A model generated the notes under the pieces. The model saw only the letters and a list, made by a program, of their open reading frames with translations. It had not been told where the DNA came from and searched no databases. The position numbers and the translations under genes are program-made. 64,000 nucleotides of DNA, taken from positions 23,002,001 to 23,066,000 of the forward strand of contig OX597835.1 in the NCBI GenBank assembly GCA_951406725.2, given 5' to 3'. The number at the start of each line of letters is the position of its first letter. Position 1 is the first letter of the stretch. Below are positions 12,956 to 25,782 of the stretch, piece by piece. The DNA comes from Octopus vulgaris. Lineage: Eukaryota.

Positions 12956-15087
12956 CTGGACAGAGAGAAGAATCATACATTTAACATGTGGCATTTAATA
13001 GTGTAACAAGTGAAGATGTAGGAGTTGTATCAATGTAGGGACATGTAGTTATGTATTCATTGTTACATATATGATCTATGTGAAGGCACATGGCTTAGTG
13101 GTTGGCGCATTTGGATCAGGATAGTAATATCACGAGTTCAATTCCCAGTGGCATGTGGTATTCTTGAGCAAGACACTTTATTTCACATTGCTCCAGTCCA
13201 CTCAGCTGGTAAAAATGAGCAGCACATGTATTTCAAAGGGCCAGCGTTATCACATTCTGTGTATGTCACGCTGAATATCTCTGAGAAGTATGTTAAGGGT
13301 ATGTGTGTCTGTGGAGTTCTCAGCCACTTGCATATTAATTACATGAGCAGGCCATTCCATTGATTGGATCAACTGGAATGCTCGTTGTCAAAACCAACAA
13401 AGTGCCAGTTTATGATCTGACAGTGTTGTGTAGTAAATGGTATGAGATGATTACAATGTTACAATGCTGTAATTATGGCTGGATAAGGTAAGAAATGAAG
13501 AACCACGGCAGAAAGGTGGGTGGCAGGTGCCAGTGGAAGAACAGGTCATGAAGCACAAATAGGGGAAAGGATAGGCTGCTCCTTAAGGAAACTAACATTC
13601 TGCATTGCACATCATGCCTTGATACATCAGGAACTCACAAGGGAGATGGAAGAGTGAACACCTTAAAAACTGCCAGAGATTGGATACTGAAGTAAAAGTA
13701 AAGACTGCCTTCGATCATGAATGACCATGGGATTGCACCTAGAAAGTTCCCATCCTAGGTACAAGCTAAAGAGCGCAATCTACCAATACAAAAATCTATT
13801 TAATCTATAGATGGGTTCCTGAAAGGTACAGCCATTCTAAATCAGAACGGACCTGGGAGTATGGTAATTAAACAGTGACTCCATCAGAAGCCTGTCATAT
13901 ATATATATATGTCCTCTAAAAGGATCCTGCTTCTCAATCGCTGTAGTATACAGAGCCACCCTTACACCATCTGATGGCATTACTAGGCACTCCACAGGTA
14001 TGACAACTAATGACTTCAAGGGAAGATACTGCCAACATATGCACTCATTTAGATTCAAGAACAGAGAGAACTCTACTTCTGTCTTGTTTCTTTGGAGACT
14101 AGTGGACTCTTGTCGATAGAGTGCCACCATTTTCACCCAGTGTCTCCAACAGCCAGCTTTGCCTCTGCGAAAAACTGCATATCCTCTAACAACCCACAGT
14201 ATCCACCAACAAGAAATACAATCTTATAGCTGTCATTAGAGGTATGCCCTTCTGGCAAATTTCAAGCCTCTGACTGCTGGCAACCCAGATATACCAACTT
14301 AGTACCAGCTGCTACTGTGCACCACCTGCACCAAGGTCACCATCACCAATCAACCCCATGAGCAGGATAGTCAATTACCAATTCTTGTTATGTGCATGTA
14401 TACTCATGCATGCATGTGCACACAAGTACACATGTGCATGCACACACTAATCTGCATGTGTACATGCATGCTTATATATACATATGAACATATAAATGAA
14501 TACGTATGAGTGTGTGTGTGTGTACATCTGTATGCATGTGTGTATATGCATGTATGTGTGCATGTGCACACACACGTTCATTTATGTGTGTGTGTCTGGG
14601 TATGTGCATGCACACCCATATATAGATGCACATGCTCACATCAATAGACATGCTCACATCAATAGACATGCACACAAAACCATATGAGCATGTGCACACA
14701 CCCACATATACAACAAAACACTTGCACATACCACCACTTCTTACTTCCTCTCCAACAACCCGACCAATTTCCTGTCTGCCACGTGATCGATTTCCTGTCC
14801 ACCACGTAGTCAATTTTCAGGTCCCAAGCAGTAGCTTACAACAAACTGTCGCCGCTGATATACTGATATACCAACATCAAACCATGACACCGCATGACTT
14901 TCCTCAACCAATCGCAGCCCACCTTACATTAATAACAATCAACTTCTTTCATTCAAATTCAAAATGGTTGATGACTAGCATCACACTTGAAACTCTGAGT
15001 ACCAACGAATTTGAATCAAACTGTTTTGATCCATACATGTAATTCCCAATAAATTTGTTGAGTGCCCTTCTTTTGTTTGTTCACTCA

Positions 15088-15130
<43 letters not shown>

Positions 15131-16341
15131 GTAAAAACTCCCTTCAGTCATGAATGACCATGGGATAGCACCTAGAAAGTTCCCATCCAAAAGTTGCCCA
15201 AACATACCAGCCTCTCCTCTCCATACCATGCTGTTGTCCAAGGGAAAGGCAATGGCTGATACAGCTTGGCATCAGTGACATTGCAACTCATTTCTACAGC
15301 TGAGTGGACTGGAGCAATGTGAAATAAAGTGTCTTGCTCAAGAACACAACACACAGCCCAGTTCACAAATCAAATTCACAATCTCATAAATGTAATCCTA
15401 ATGCCCTGACTAGTGTGCCATGTGCCAATACTGAGGCAGAGCTGAAAAAAGCAGGAATCAAACTGGAAAGACACAGAAGAAAGACCACCTCAGCATTGAA
15501 AACAGTGAAGAAATATCATTAATGGTTTATGCTCCATAGGGAATCATCATCATCATCATCATCGTTTAACGTCCGTTTTCCGCGCTAGCACGGGTTGGAC
15601 GGTTCGACCGGGGTCTGGGGAACCAGGGGCTGCCCCAGGCTCCAGTCTGATCTGGCAGTGTTTCTACAGCTGGATGCCCTTCTTAACGCCAACCACTCCG
15701 CGAGTGTAGTGGGTGCTTTTTACGTGCCACCTGCACAGGTGCCAGTGGGGTCTGGCATCGGCCACGATCAGTTGGTGCTTTTTTTTTTTTTTTTTGTGCT
15801 ACCGGCACAGAAGCCAGTCAAGAAGCTGGCATCAGTCACGTTCGGATGGTGCTTTTTATGTGTCACCGGCACAGGTATCACAACTACTACTGTTTCCATT
15901 GATATTTGGTTCGATGTTCATGTACATGCACTTGACTCAACAGGTCTCCTCAAGCACAGCGAGATGTTCTGGGATCCCACGATCGGTTGGTGCTTTTTAT
16001 GTGCCACCGGCACAGAAGCCAGTCGGGTGCTGGCATCGGCCACGTTCGGATGTTGCTTTTTATGTGCCACCGGCACAGAAGAATGATGGGCTTAAATACC
16101 TAAGTATAGATTACACAGCCAATCTACCTCAATATTCACACAGCTTTTGTAACTTGATAATTTACTCATGTTCTGTTACCCTAATAAATTACAAACACTC
16201 ACCTTACCTCAGTGACTCAAACAGACTCTGTACCAATATAATTTATACACTCACTATGCCCCTATTTCTATAAGGTGCTTACACACACACTATGCCTGAA
16301 CTTACAGCTATCATAAATTCCTTCTGTAACTCATACTACTA

Positions 16342-16859
16342 CCGTAAATCCTCGTGTATAATCCACATTTTTTCCCAAAATTTAAAGGTCAAAATCCCTA
16401 GTGCGTACTATATACGAGGTTAAAAATGAAAAATATTTTCTAAGCAATGTCCGAGTCTTTATTTGCTGTCCGGCAATGTTTATTCAGATGCATTTTGTGA
16501 TGTCGGGCGCGAAAATACATTAAGCTAAGCCTGAAAGCAATGGAGTCATAAAAGAATCATGCATAACTTGCAGTAAGCAACATTTATTAAAATAAAAGTA
16601 TTCAGAACACAGAATAACATGTAACAAAAACAATTTGCAAACATTTTTACATTTTCATATAACAGTTAAGAACATCATTACTGTATTACGCATACGCGGA
16701 AGTGTTTGTTTGACTAGGTACTGCTGGCTTAATTACACATGACCCAAGTTAGAGAAGGAGTGAGTATTATACACAAGGTTTAGGTTTTTCGGAAGTACAA
16801 CCCCCTAAAAATCCCCTGCGTATTATACTCAAGGGCGGACTATACTCGAGGATTTACGG
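16342..16859. mobile_element. pogo/Tigger-like MITE
   Basis: TIRs CCGTAAATCCTCG.GTATA.TCC, TA flanks. Confidence 0.85.
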
Positions 16860-17009
16860 TACTCTCTTTGATTTCTATAATATACATTCAAACAGCAAAC
16901 TGTTGTCAATAAAACCTTGAACCATTTCACATATTCTTCACATTGAACATTTTCAAACATTCTCACCTGTGCTGAAGATCTTTGATTGAACATTTTCAAA
17001 CATTCTCAC

Positions 17010-17787
17010 CTTTGCTGAAGATCTTTGTCAAGGTCCTCATACTGCGTAAACTGCCGAGTTTCCAGAAGATTTGGACACTTTTTGATTTGATGATCGGTTG
17101 ATTTGACATGGCATAAGGTTTCACTGTTTTCTAGGAAACCTGGTGGAATGATGGTATTGCATTCATACTCTACGACCCAATTGTCAGATGCGCTTTTCTG
17201 GATAGGCCTCAAATACGTTATTCCTGACATCCCAGAATTGTCTTGGAAGACATCTTTTAAGACAATAGCTGCTGGGTGTTGCTCAGTGTCTTCAACAAAG
17301 TCGTTGACTACATTCTTGTTTAACAATTCATCTACGCAGCCGTCACGGTGTAGAATAAAATACCTTGGACTATGCTGGATGCCCTCACGAAATTTATCTT
17401 GATTATTGTTTTCACTTGTCTCTTTCACGATTTCTTTCTCGCCCTTGTAATTGACATAAAAAGCATTGCCTTTGGTGTCTGTTGTCTCACAGATGATGTT
17501 GGAATTGTGTTTGAAGTAGTAGGTACTTTCAGTTGGTGGGTTGGATCTGCTCTGTTGATTTTCACCATTGACATTTGTATAAATGAAGGACCCATCTAAA
17601 CCCAATTTCAACATCTCAGATGTTAAAGAACTTCCAAACAGCATACGCAAAAACCCATTTGAGAACACATTAATGATGGTACCATTGCCAACCATAGTAT
17701 GGTTCTCCTGAGTTTTAATATTGAATTTGATTGTAGCAAAACTGGGACATTCTACCATGGCAAACATGGCCATAGTGATGTTCTCAT
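17010..17787 (-). CDS. SPAG17: SPAG17-like exon 18, 778 nt (…MVECPSFATIKFN…HSPRYFILHRDG…LETRQFTQYE…)
   Basis: Long open frame, ttccag acceptor, AG|gtgaga donor, phase 1 to 2; several SPAG17 motifs. Confidence 0.93.
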
Positions 17788-17893
17788 CTGGAATGTACAA
17801 GAGGAATAGTTTTGTATTAAATTTGAAACCAAGAGTACAATAACAAAGAACACTGATACCATATTCACAAGACAAGAACAACAACATCTCATT

Positions 17894-17927
<34 letters not shown>

Positions 17928-18457
17928 CGCTTTCACATACACATTCAAGTGTATCATATTCATAAAGCACTTTGACAACATCATGAAACACACACATTAA
18001 CACAAGCACACATTCACAAAAGCATAGACAACATTGTCAGACACACAGACATTATCAAACACACACAGACAACATTATCAAACAGAGATAGCATTATCAA
18101 AAAATGTGGATGTTAAAAACAATGACAATGATTGATCGGCTGATTGATTGATTGATTAATTGACTGACAGATAAGCAAACAGTCATCATCATTCATCATC
18201 ATCATTTAATGTCCATCTTCCATGCATGCCTGGGTAGGACAGATGACAGGAGCCAGCAAGATGGAGGACAACCCCAGGCTACTGCCTGTTTTGGCAGGGT
18301 TTATACAGCTGGATGCCCTTCCTAACACCAACCACTCTACAGAGTGGACTCGGTGCTTTTTACATGGCACTAGTACAGACGAGGTTAGTTTTGACTTGAA
18401 TTTTGCATCTGGATGCCCTTCCAAAAGTGTGGTTAGTCATGCAGTCATATTTTGCAT

Positions 18458-18983
18458 TATACTCTTTACTCTTTTACTTGTTTCAGTCACTTGACTGCGA
18501 CCATGCTGGAGCACCGCCTTTAGTCGAGCAAATCGATCCCCGGGACTTATTCTTTGTAAGCCCAGTACTTATTCTATCAGTCTCTTTTGCCGAACCACTA
18601 AGTGATGGGGACGTAAACACACCAGCATCGGTTGTCAAGCAATGCTAGGGGGACAGACGCAGACACACAAACACATATATATATATATATATATATACAC
18701 TTTATTTAAAGCAGCAGAAAATTCAACAAAATCTGTTACTCTGAGTTTCTCGTTGCTGTTCATCAGACAGTTTTTGCTATATATATATATATATATATAC
18801 ATATATACATACATACATATATACGATGGGCTTTTTTCAGTTTCCGTTTACCAAATCCACTCACAAGGCTTTGGTTGGCCCAAGGCTATAGTAGAAGACA
18901 CTTGCCCAAGGTGCCATGCAGTAGGACTGAACCCGGAATCATGTGGTTGGTAAGCAAGCTACTTACCACACAGCAACTCCTGT
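18458..18983 (-). mobile_element. SINE family A with nested insertion in its microsatellite
   Basis: Family A sequence interrupted at about 18699-18778. Confidence 0.85.
18733..18770 (-). ncRNA. Minimal type I hammerhead ribozyme motif (Penelope-like fragment), degenerate stem II
   Basis: Minus strand reads CTGT-CTGATGA-ACAGCAACGA-GAA-ACTC-A-GAGT-A-ACAG: stem I CTGT/ACAG, intact core, stem III ACTC/GAGT, GUA triplet. Confidence 0.7.
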
Positions 18984-19244
18984 CATCATCATCATCATCA
19001 TCGTTTAGCGTCCGTTTTCCATGCTAGCATGGGTTGGACGGTTCTACTGGGGTCTGTGAAGCCAGAAGGCTTCATCAGGCCCAGGCCCTGTGCCTATGCA
19101 TATAAATATAGGATTTGAGGTTACAGTTACATCTTTTGTTATTCTTATGCTTGTTGCCATGGAAATAGGCTTGCCATCATCTCCTCAAATTTTGCTGGGA
19201 ATGATAGAAAGCGTCGCCTGGCAGCAGACAATATATTTATACGC

Positions 19245-19389
19245 ATAAGTAGCTTGCTAACCAACCACATGGTTCCGGGTTCAGTCCCACTGCGTGGGAT
19301 CTTGGGCAAGTGTCTTCTGCTATAGCCCCGGGCTGACCAATGCTTTGTGAGTGGATTTGGTAGACGGAAACTGAAAGAAGCCTGCCATA

Positions 19390-19438
<49 letters not shown>

Positions 19439-19655
19439 TTGTGTGTCTGTGTTTGTCCCCCTAGCATTGCCTGAAAACCGATGCTGGTGTGTTTACGTCC
19501 CCGTCACTTAGCGGTTCGGCAAAAGAGACCGATAGAATAAGTACTGGGCTTACAAAGAATAAGTTCCGGGGTCGATTTGCTCGACTAAAGGCGGTGCTCC
19601 AGCATGGCCGCAGTCAAATGACTGAAACAAGTAAAAGAGAAAAAAAAAAAAGAGA
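19245..19655 (+). mobile_element. SINE family A (5' clipped)
   Basis: High identity to other copies. Confidence 0.85.
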
Positions 19656-19753
19656 GTATTCACAGGAGAATGCATATAAATATGCAAACACATACACATA
19701 TATACATACACATATAGACACATACACACATGATTATATATAAGTAAACGTAC

Positions 19754-19898
19754 AGTTTGAATAACTAGTTTTACAGTTTTCAGTCATATAAACTTTTTCA
19801 AAATAAGAAGTGATTCTGGTGCCATCCTGATGTTCCACGGTGGTCTTCCCACTCGGCTCACTGATCAATATCACATTGTCATCTCTGGTCATCATTGT
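19754..19898 (-). CDS. SPAG17: SPAG17-like exon 17 (TMMTRDDNVILISEPSGKTTVEHQDGTRITSY...)
   Basis: ttttacag acceptor, gtacgt donor, phase 0 to 1; hallmark TRxD...VxHxDGTRIT. Confidence 0.93.
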
Positions 19899-20999
19899 CT
19901 GTAAAAGAGGATTCCAAAATAACTCATTCAGTGACCATTCACCAAAATTTGTACCATTATTAATTTTGTTTTTCATCCTTTCAGCATCAATCAAATAAGT
20001 AGCAGTTGAACACTATGACCAATATAACTGACCTGCCCCCTTCCTTGAAATTGCTGGCCTTGTGCCAAAATTTGAAACAATTATTATTATTATTATTATT
20101 ATTATTCATATATATATATATAGGACTGAGGTAACTCCTCCAGGAGATATAAAAGCAAAATTAGAAGTGTGCCATTGTTATCAAGTGAACTTGATAACAA
20201 TGGCACTCTTCTATTTTTGCAGCTATTATTATTATTATTGAGTGAAAGAGCAATGCATGCCATCAAAGTGATACTGAGGTACAAATATATGATACCCGTC
20301 TGATAAGGGTACACCAGGCACATGCATCATACGTGCATGACATGGTGACCTTATATCAAGATAAACAACACATGACCTTGCAGGTGGGGGCTCAGTTAGA
20401 AATTTCTTCAGGTTGAGTAGACCATCCTGAATGAGGGTTGTTGAAGGATGATGAACAAAACATCCATGTTTCCCATGTCATCATCATCATTATTGTTATT
20501 ATTATTATTATTAGGCGGTAAGCTGGCAGAATCGTTAGCATGCTGGGTGAAATGCTTAGTGGTATTTCACCCGTTGCTGCGTTCTAAGTTCAAATTGCAC
20601 CGAGGTCGACTTTGCCTTTCATCCTTTCGGGATCAATAAATTAAGTACCAGCCAAGTACTGGAGTTAATGTGATCAATTGTCCCTCTCCCCACAAAAATC
20701 CAGGCCTTGTGCCTATGTAGAAAGTATGATTATTATTATTGAGTGAGAGAGCAGTGCATGCCATCAAAGTGACACGGGTAAAATATACAAGGCCCAGTAT
20801 ACCCATCGTGACTACCTGTCTGATAAGGGTGAAATGCTTGGTGGCATTTAGTCTGTCTTTGAGCTCTGAGATCAAATTCTGCCAAGGTCAACCTTGCCTT
20901 TCATCCTTTTGGGGTTAATAAAATATATCCCAGTTGAGTACTGAGGCTGACGTAATCAATTTATCCCCTCCCCAAAAATTGCAAGCCTTGTGCTAAGAT

Positions 21000-21097
<98 letters not shown>

Positions 21098-21147
21098 GAA
21101 AGAGAGAGAGAGAGAGAGAAAAACAATGCAAATGAAGAAAAACTTAC

Positions 21148-21326
21148 CTGTCCAGATTTTACATCTGATTTCATACTGAACAAGACTTTCGGCAGGTATT
21201 CCTTCTTGCCACCCGGATACAAAATAACTTTCTGACCATTTGATTGAATAACTGTCCACTTCATAGTTTTCAAGTCCAGTTTTTCAATCTCACAGGTCAG
21301 TGAAACTATATTAAGGTCAGCAATGT
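21148..21326 (-). CDS. SPAG17: SPAG17-like exon 16 (DIADLNIV...KWTVIQSNG...SDVKSGQ)
   Basis: ttcag acceptor, CAG|gtaagt donor, phase 1 to 0. Confidence 0.88.
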
Positions 21327-21619
21327 CTGAATGTTGATTGATAAAAATAAAAAAGAATAGAATAACAATTAGAAAACAAACAAAACATTTATTATATTGT
21401 AAAAAAATATTTAAAAAATTCAAGTTTGAATTTTAGACATTTTTAGTCAACTCCACTTGTAAAAGGTAATATGTGTGGTAAGAAGTTTGTTTCCTAACTA
21501 CATGGTTCTGGGTTCAGTCCCACTGCATGGCACCTTGGGAAAGTGTCTTCTTCCATAGCCTTGGGCCAACCAAAGCCTTGTGAGTGGATTTGGTAGATAG
21601 AAACTAAAAGAAGTTCACC

Positions 21620-21658
<39 letters not shown>

Positions 21659-21877
21659 TTTATGACTGTGTTTGTGCCCACCAACACCACCACTTGACAA
21701 CCGGTGCTGGTGTATTTACATTCCCATAACTTAGTGGTTCGGCAAAAGAGATCCGATGGCATAACTACCTGGCTTTGAAAAAATAAATACTGGAGTCAAT
21801 ACATTCAACCAAAAATTCTTTAAGATAGTGCTTCAACATGGCCACAGTCAAATGACTGAAACAAGCAAAAGAATAAA

Positions 21878-21910
<33 letters not shown>

Positions 21911-21912
<2 letters not shown>

Positions 21913-22330
21913 AGTTAATCCAAACAAGAAAACAAAAAAACACAACAACGCAAGGACGTGGAACAAATGTAGTATTATTGGATGCTCAGGAAAGAAGGGA
22001 AGAAGGAGGGTTTAACGTTTCGAGCAGAGCTCTTCGTCGGAAACATAGGAGAAGGAAAGATCCCGAGAAGGGAAGACAGAGGGAAAAAAAAAAAAAAAGA
22101 AATATAGCTTGTATTTGTATTTGGCTTGCAAAATTCTTGATGTGAATTCGTGTGTTGAAAGAAAAACTATTGAACCATGGAAATGGAAGTAGAGAGACAT
22201 GTCCCTGAAGAGATTGCAACAATGTGACGGAATAATTGACAAAAACAGAAATGACAACAGTAACAGGGCTGGACATTTGAACGATTGACTGTTTGACCAA
22301 AGTGTTTGACATAGGAGTTTGAAAAACTAA
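21911..22330 (-). mobile_element. Penelope-like element remnant (terminal repeat with hammerhead plus ORF end)
   Basis: Follows (TA)n, carries the hammerhead; ORF end STHEFTSRILQAKYK recurs as STREFTERILQTRYK near 34200-34260. Confidence 0.5.
22010..22044 (-). ncRNA. Minimal type I hammerhead ribozyme motif (Penelope-like), U4C core variant
   Basis: Minus strand reads GTTT-CCGACGA-A-GAGC-TCT-GCTC-GAA-ACGT-T-AAAC: stem I GTTT/AAAC, stem II GAGC/GCTC, palindromic stem III ACGT. Confidence 0.65.
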
Positions 22331-22382
22331 TTAAAAAAAACGGCTGATCAATAAATTGGTTAACGAAGTAACTGTGTGTGGT

Positions 22383-22764
22383 GGAAGCACTCTGTCGGTT
22401 ACGACAATGAGGGTTCCGGTTGATCCGAATCAATGGAACAGCCTGCTCGTGAAATTAACATGTAAGTGGCTGAGCACTCCACAGACACGTGTACCCTTAA
22501 TGTAGTTCTCGGGGATATTCAGCGTGACACAGAGAGTGACAAGGCCGGCCCCTTGAAATACAGGTACAACAGAAACAGGAAGTAAGAGTGAGAGAAAGTT
22601 GTGGTGAAAGAGTACAGCAGGGATCACCACCATCCCCTGCCGGAGCCTCGTGGAGCTTTAGGTGTTTTCGCTCAATAAACACTCACAACACCCGGTCTGG
22701 GAATCAAAACCACGATCCTATGACCGTGAGTCCGCTGCCCTAACCACTGGGCCATTGCGCCTCC
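22383..22764 (-). mobile_element. SINE family C
   Basis: Near identical to 8898-9286. Confidence 0.85.
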
Positions 22765-24341
22765 CCAACGGAGTAACTAACCCATTAACTAACAACAATA
22801 AAGGACCAAACCGGTGCATTAATTCTAGGACCCCCTATATTTACTCATCCAACTAAACAGGGGGAGGAAACACAGAGGTGAGGGACTAATTGCAGGTGGT
22901 GAGTGTAACTTCCAGAAGTGCTCATGCAGTCAAACTCAAATGGCTGTAAGTCACAATAAAAAGAATAGAATAACAATTAGAAAACAAACAAAACATTTAT
23001 TATATTGTAAAAAAATATTTTAAAAATTCAAGTTTGAATTTTAGACATTTTTAGTCAACTCCACTTGTAAAAGGTAATATGTGTGGTAAAGAAGTTTGTT
23101 TCCTAACTACATGGTTCTGGGTTCAGTCCCACTGCATGGCACCTTGGGAAAGTGTCTTCTTCCGTAGCCTTAGGCCAACCAAAGCCTTGTGAGTGGATTT
23201 GGTAGATGGAAACTAAAAGAAGTTCACCTTGTGTGTGGGTCTTTATGACTGTGTTTGTGCCCACCAACACCACGTATACTCAAATGTTTTGTATGAACAT
23301 TTTCATTATATAGTTCAGACATGGATGACATGGAAAGCAGACATGCTGCCAGGCACATCTGAGGAATGGATGAATGGGTTAATTGTGTCTTTACCCAGCC
23401 ACACACACACACACACATGGCCCAGTGGTGTGCAGGATGGTAACATGAAGCATCGACAAAAATTCTAATGTTCTTCTCATTTCCTCAACCAAAGTGGACA
23501 AAAAGGGTTTCATGAAATATTATACGGTACTTATGCATAAGTAGTGTCAATATTTTATTGTCAGAAAATGGCCTAAAACAGAGATAAAACCCAGTCTGGT
23601 ATACTCAAATCTGATTAATCTGCATCGGTGGGAGGGGTCATAGTTGGCATCGGAAATTTTTTTAGTCAACAGCAATTCAAGTAGCCTGATTAATGGTTGT
23701 TGCAAATTTGGAGGAAAGCGACTGGATACTCTTCAAGTTGCAGGCCTTAACACTGTGAAAATGCTTTAAAATGTAGTTTTTCTGCCTCCGGGCCCACATA
23801 TTACCTTACTTGGGAAGAGGTAAGACATGGTGACAGAAAGGGTATCTGGCTGTAGAAAATCTGACTCAAAAGATTCCATCTGATCCATGCAAGCATGGAA
23901 AAAATGGATGTGTAACGATGATAATGATGCCGGATCTACATTTTAAATTTGATTTGGTACTTACATATCTACAGTATCTTACCAACACTTGATAACTTCA
24001 TTATTGTCTTACCTCGCTGAGAACCCTATGTTATAGTACCTAGCCATTTCTTGCATCCTACGTGTTGATGGGCCTAGATTCTATTGAATTATATCATTTA
24101 TACACACACACACACACACACATACACAATGTAGAGTTTGTGTCTACCAAACTGACACACCAGGTTTTGGTTGGCATGGAGCTATAGTAGAAGACACATG
24201 CCCCATGTGCCACACAGTGGAGCTGAACCTAAAAACCATATGATTGGGAAACAAACTCCTTGCCACACAGCCACGTTTGTGCTATTTTAATAAACATGAA
24301 AATATTGAGGAACAGACAAATGGATAGAGAGAGATAAATAC

Positions 24342-24420
24342 CACTTTTCTCTGCGATATGCATAACTTGTTTCTCAGTGGCAAATTCCCCATGAGCCACA
24401 GTGCCATCAGCGTGGAGTAC
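24342..24420 (-). CDS. SPAG17: SPAG17-like exon 15 (VLHADGTVAHGE...)
   Basis: ttacag acceptor, G|gtattt donor, phase 0 to 1; LxADGxV motif. Confidence 0.88.
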
Positions 24421-24534
24421 CTGTAATAGACAAACATAATGACTTAGTTATCATCATTATCATGTGCAATGTTAATACGAGTCATTCCTAGTTAGGTATC
24501 TTATATAAGAATGGTATAAGGATTTTAAACTGGA

Positions 24535-25130
24535 TGATAGTGAGCAGCCATGTGACAGTGGGTAGAGAGTCACAAGCTGACTGAGGAGTCATATGATAGT
24601 GAGTAGGGGGATCATAACTGAGGAAGTGGGTAGAGGGAGTCACAAACTTGATTAAGGAGTCATATGATGCCAGGTAGAAAGTCACAGCTGACTGAAGAGT
24701 CATATGATGCCGGGTAGTGAGTCACAGTTGACTGAGGAGCCATATGATGTTAGGTAGAGAGTCACAGCTGAGTGAGGAGTTATATGAGACTGGCTAGAGA
24801 GTCACAGCTAACTGAGAGTCACAGTTGATTAAGAAATCGTACGACGTTGGGCAGTGAATCACAACTGGCTGAGGAGTCGTAGGGTGTTAGGTAGATTAAG
24901 CTGATTAAGAAGTCATGTGATGTTGGATAGAGAGTCACAAATGAGTGAGCAGTCATGCGACAGTGAGTAGAGGGTGATATATGACTGAGCAGTTATGTAA
25001 CAGCTGGTAGATAGTCATAACTGACTGAGGTGTCAATATGACAGAGGGGAGAGAGTGACTAATGACTGAACAGTCAGATACCAGTGGGTAGAGTCACCAC
25101 TAAGTGTGCAGTCATGTGACAGTAGGTAGC
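24535..25130. repeat. Degenerate ~40-bp minisatellite (agagtcacagctgactgaggagtcatatgat...)
   Basis: Recurrent gagtcaca/gactgagg motif. Confidence 0.75.
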
Positions 25131-25782
25131 TGCATAGATTAGGATTAACCCTTTTGAAACCAACTTGCTAGAGCCCACCCCCGATTCAATGATACAAATT
25201 ACCTAAATAATCTAAATTATTGGTTTCAAATACTGGAACAAGCTGACAGATTTGTTAAAACATTTGGCAAAATGCTTAGCAGCATTTATTCTTGCTCCTT
25301 ATATTCTGAGCTCAAATCCTGCAGAAGTAAACTTTGCCTTTCATCGTTTTAGGGTCAATGATGAAAGGCAAAATTTACATCACCAGATTTTGGATTCAGA
25401 ACATAGACAGACTAAATGCCGCTAAGCATTTTGCCCAGCATGCTAACGATTCTACCAACTTCGTCATCATCATTATCATCATCATCATCATTTAGCGTCC
25501 GTTTTCCATGCTAGCATGGGTTGGACGGTTTAACTGGGGTCTGTGAAGTCGGGAGGCTTCATCAGGCCCAGTCAGATTTGGCAGTGTTTCTACGGCTGGA
25601 TACCCTTCTTAACGCCAACCACTCCGTTTAAAATCCGTTTTCCATGCTGGCATGGGTTGGACAGTCTGAGAGTGGCTGGCTAGACAGAAGACTGCTTTAA
25701 ATTATCTAAATTATTACAAATTATCTAAATTATAATCTTCTGTCAAAATTTCATGTTAATTTATGTTTCAAACACCCGCTTA

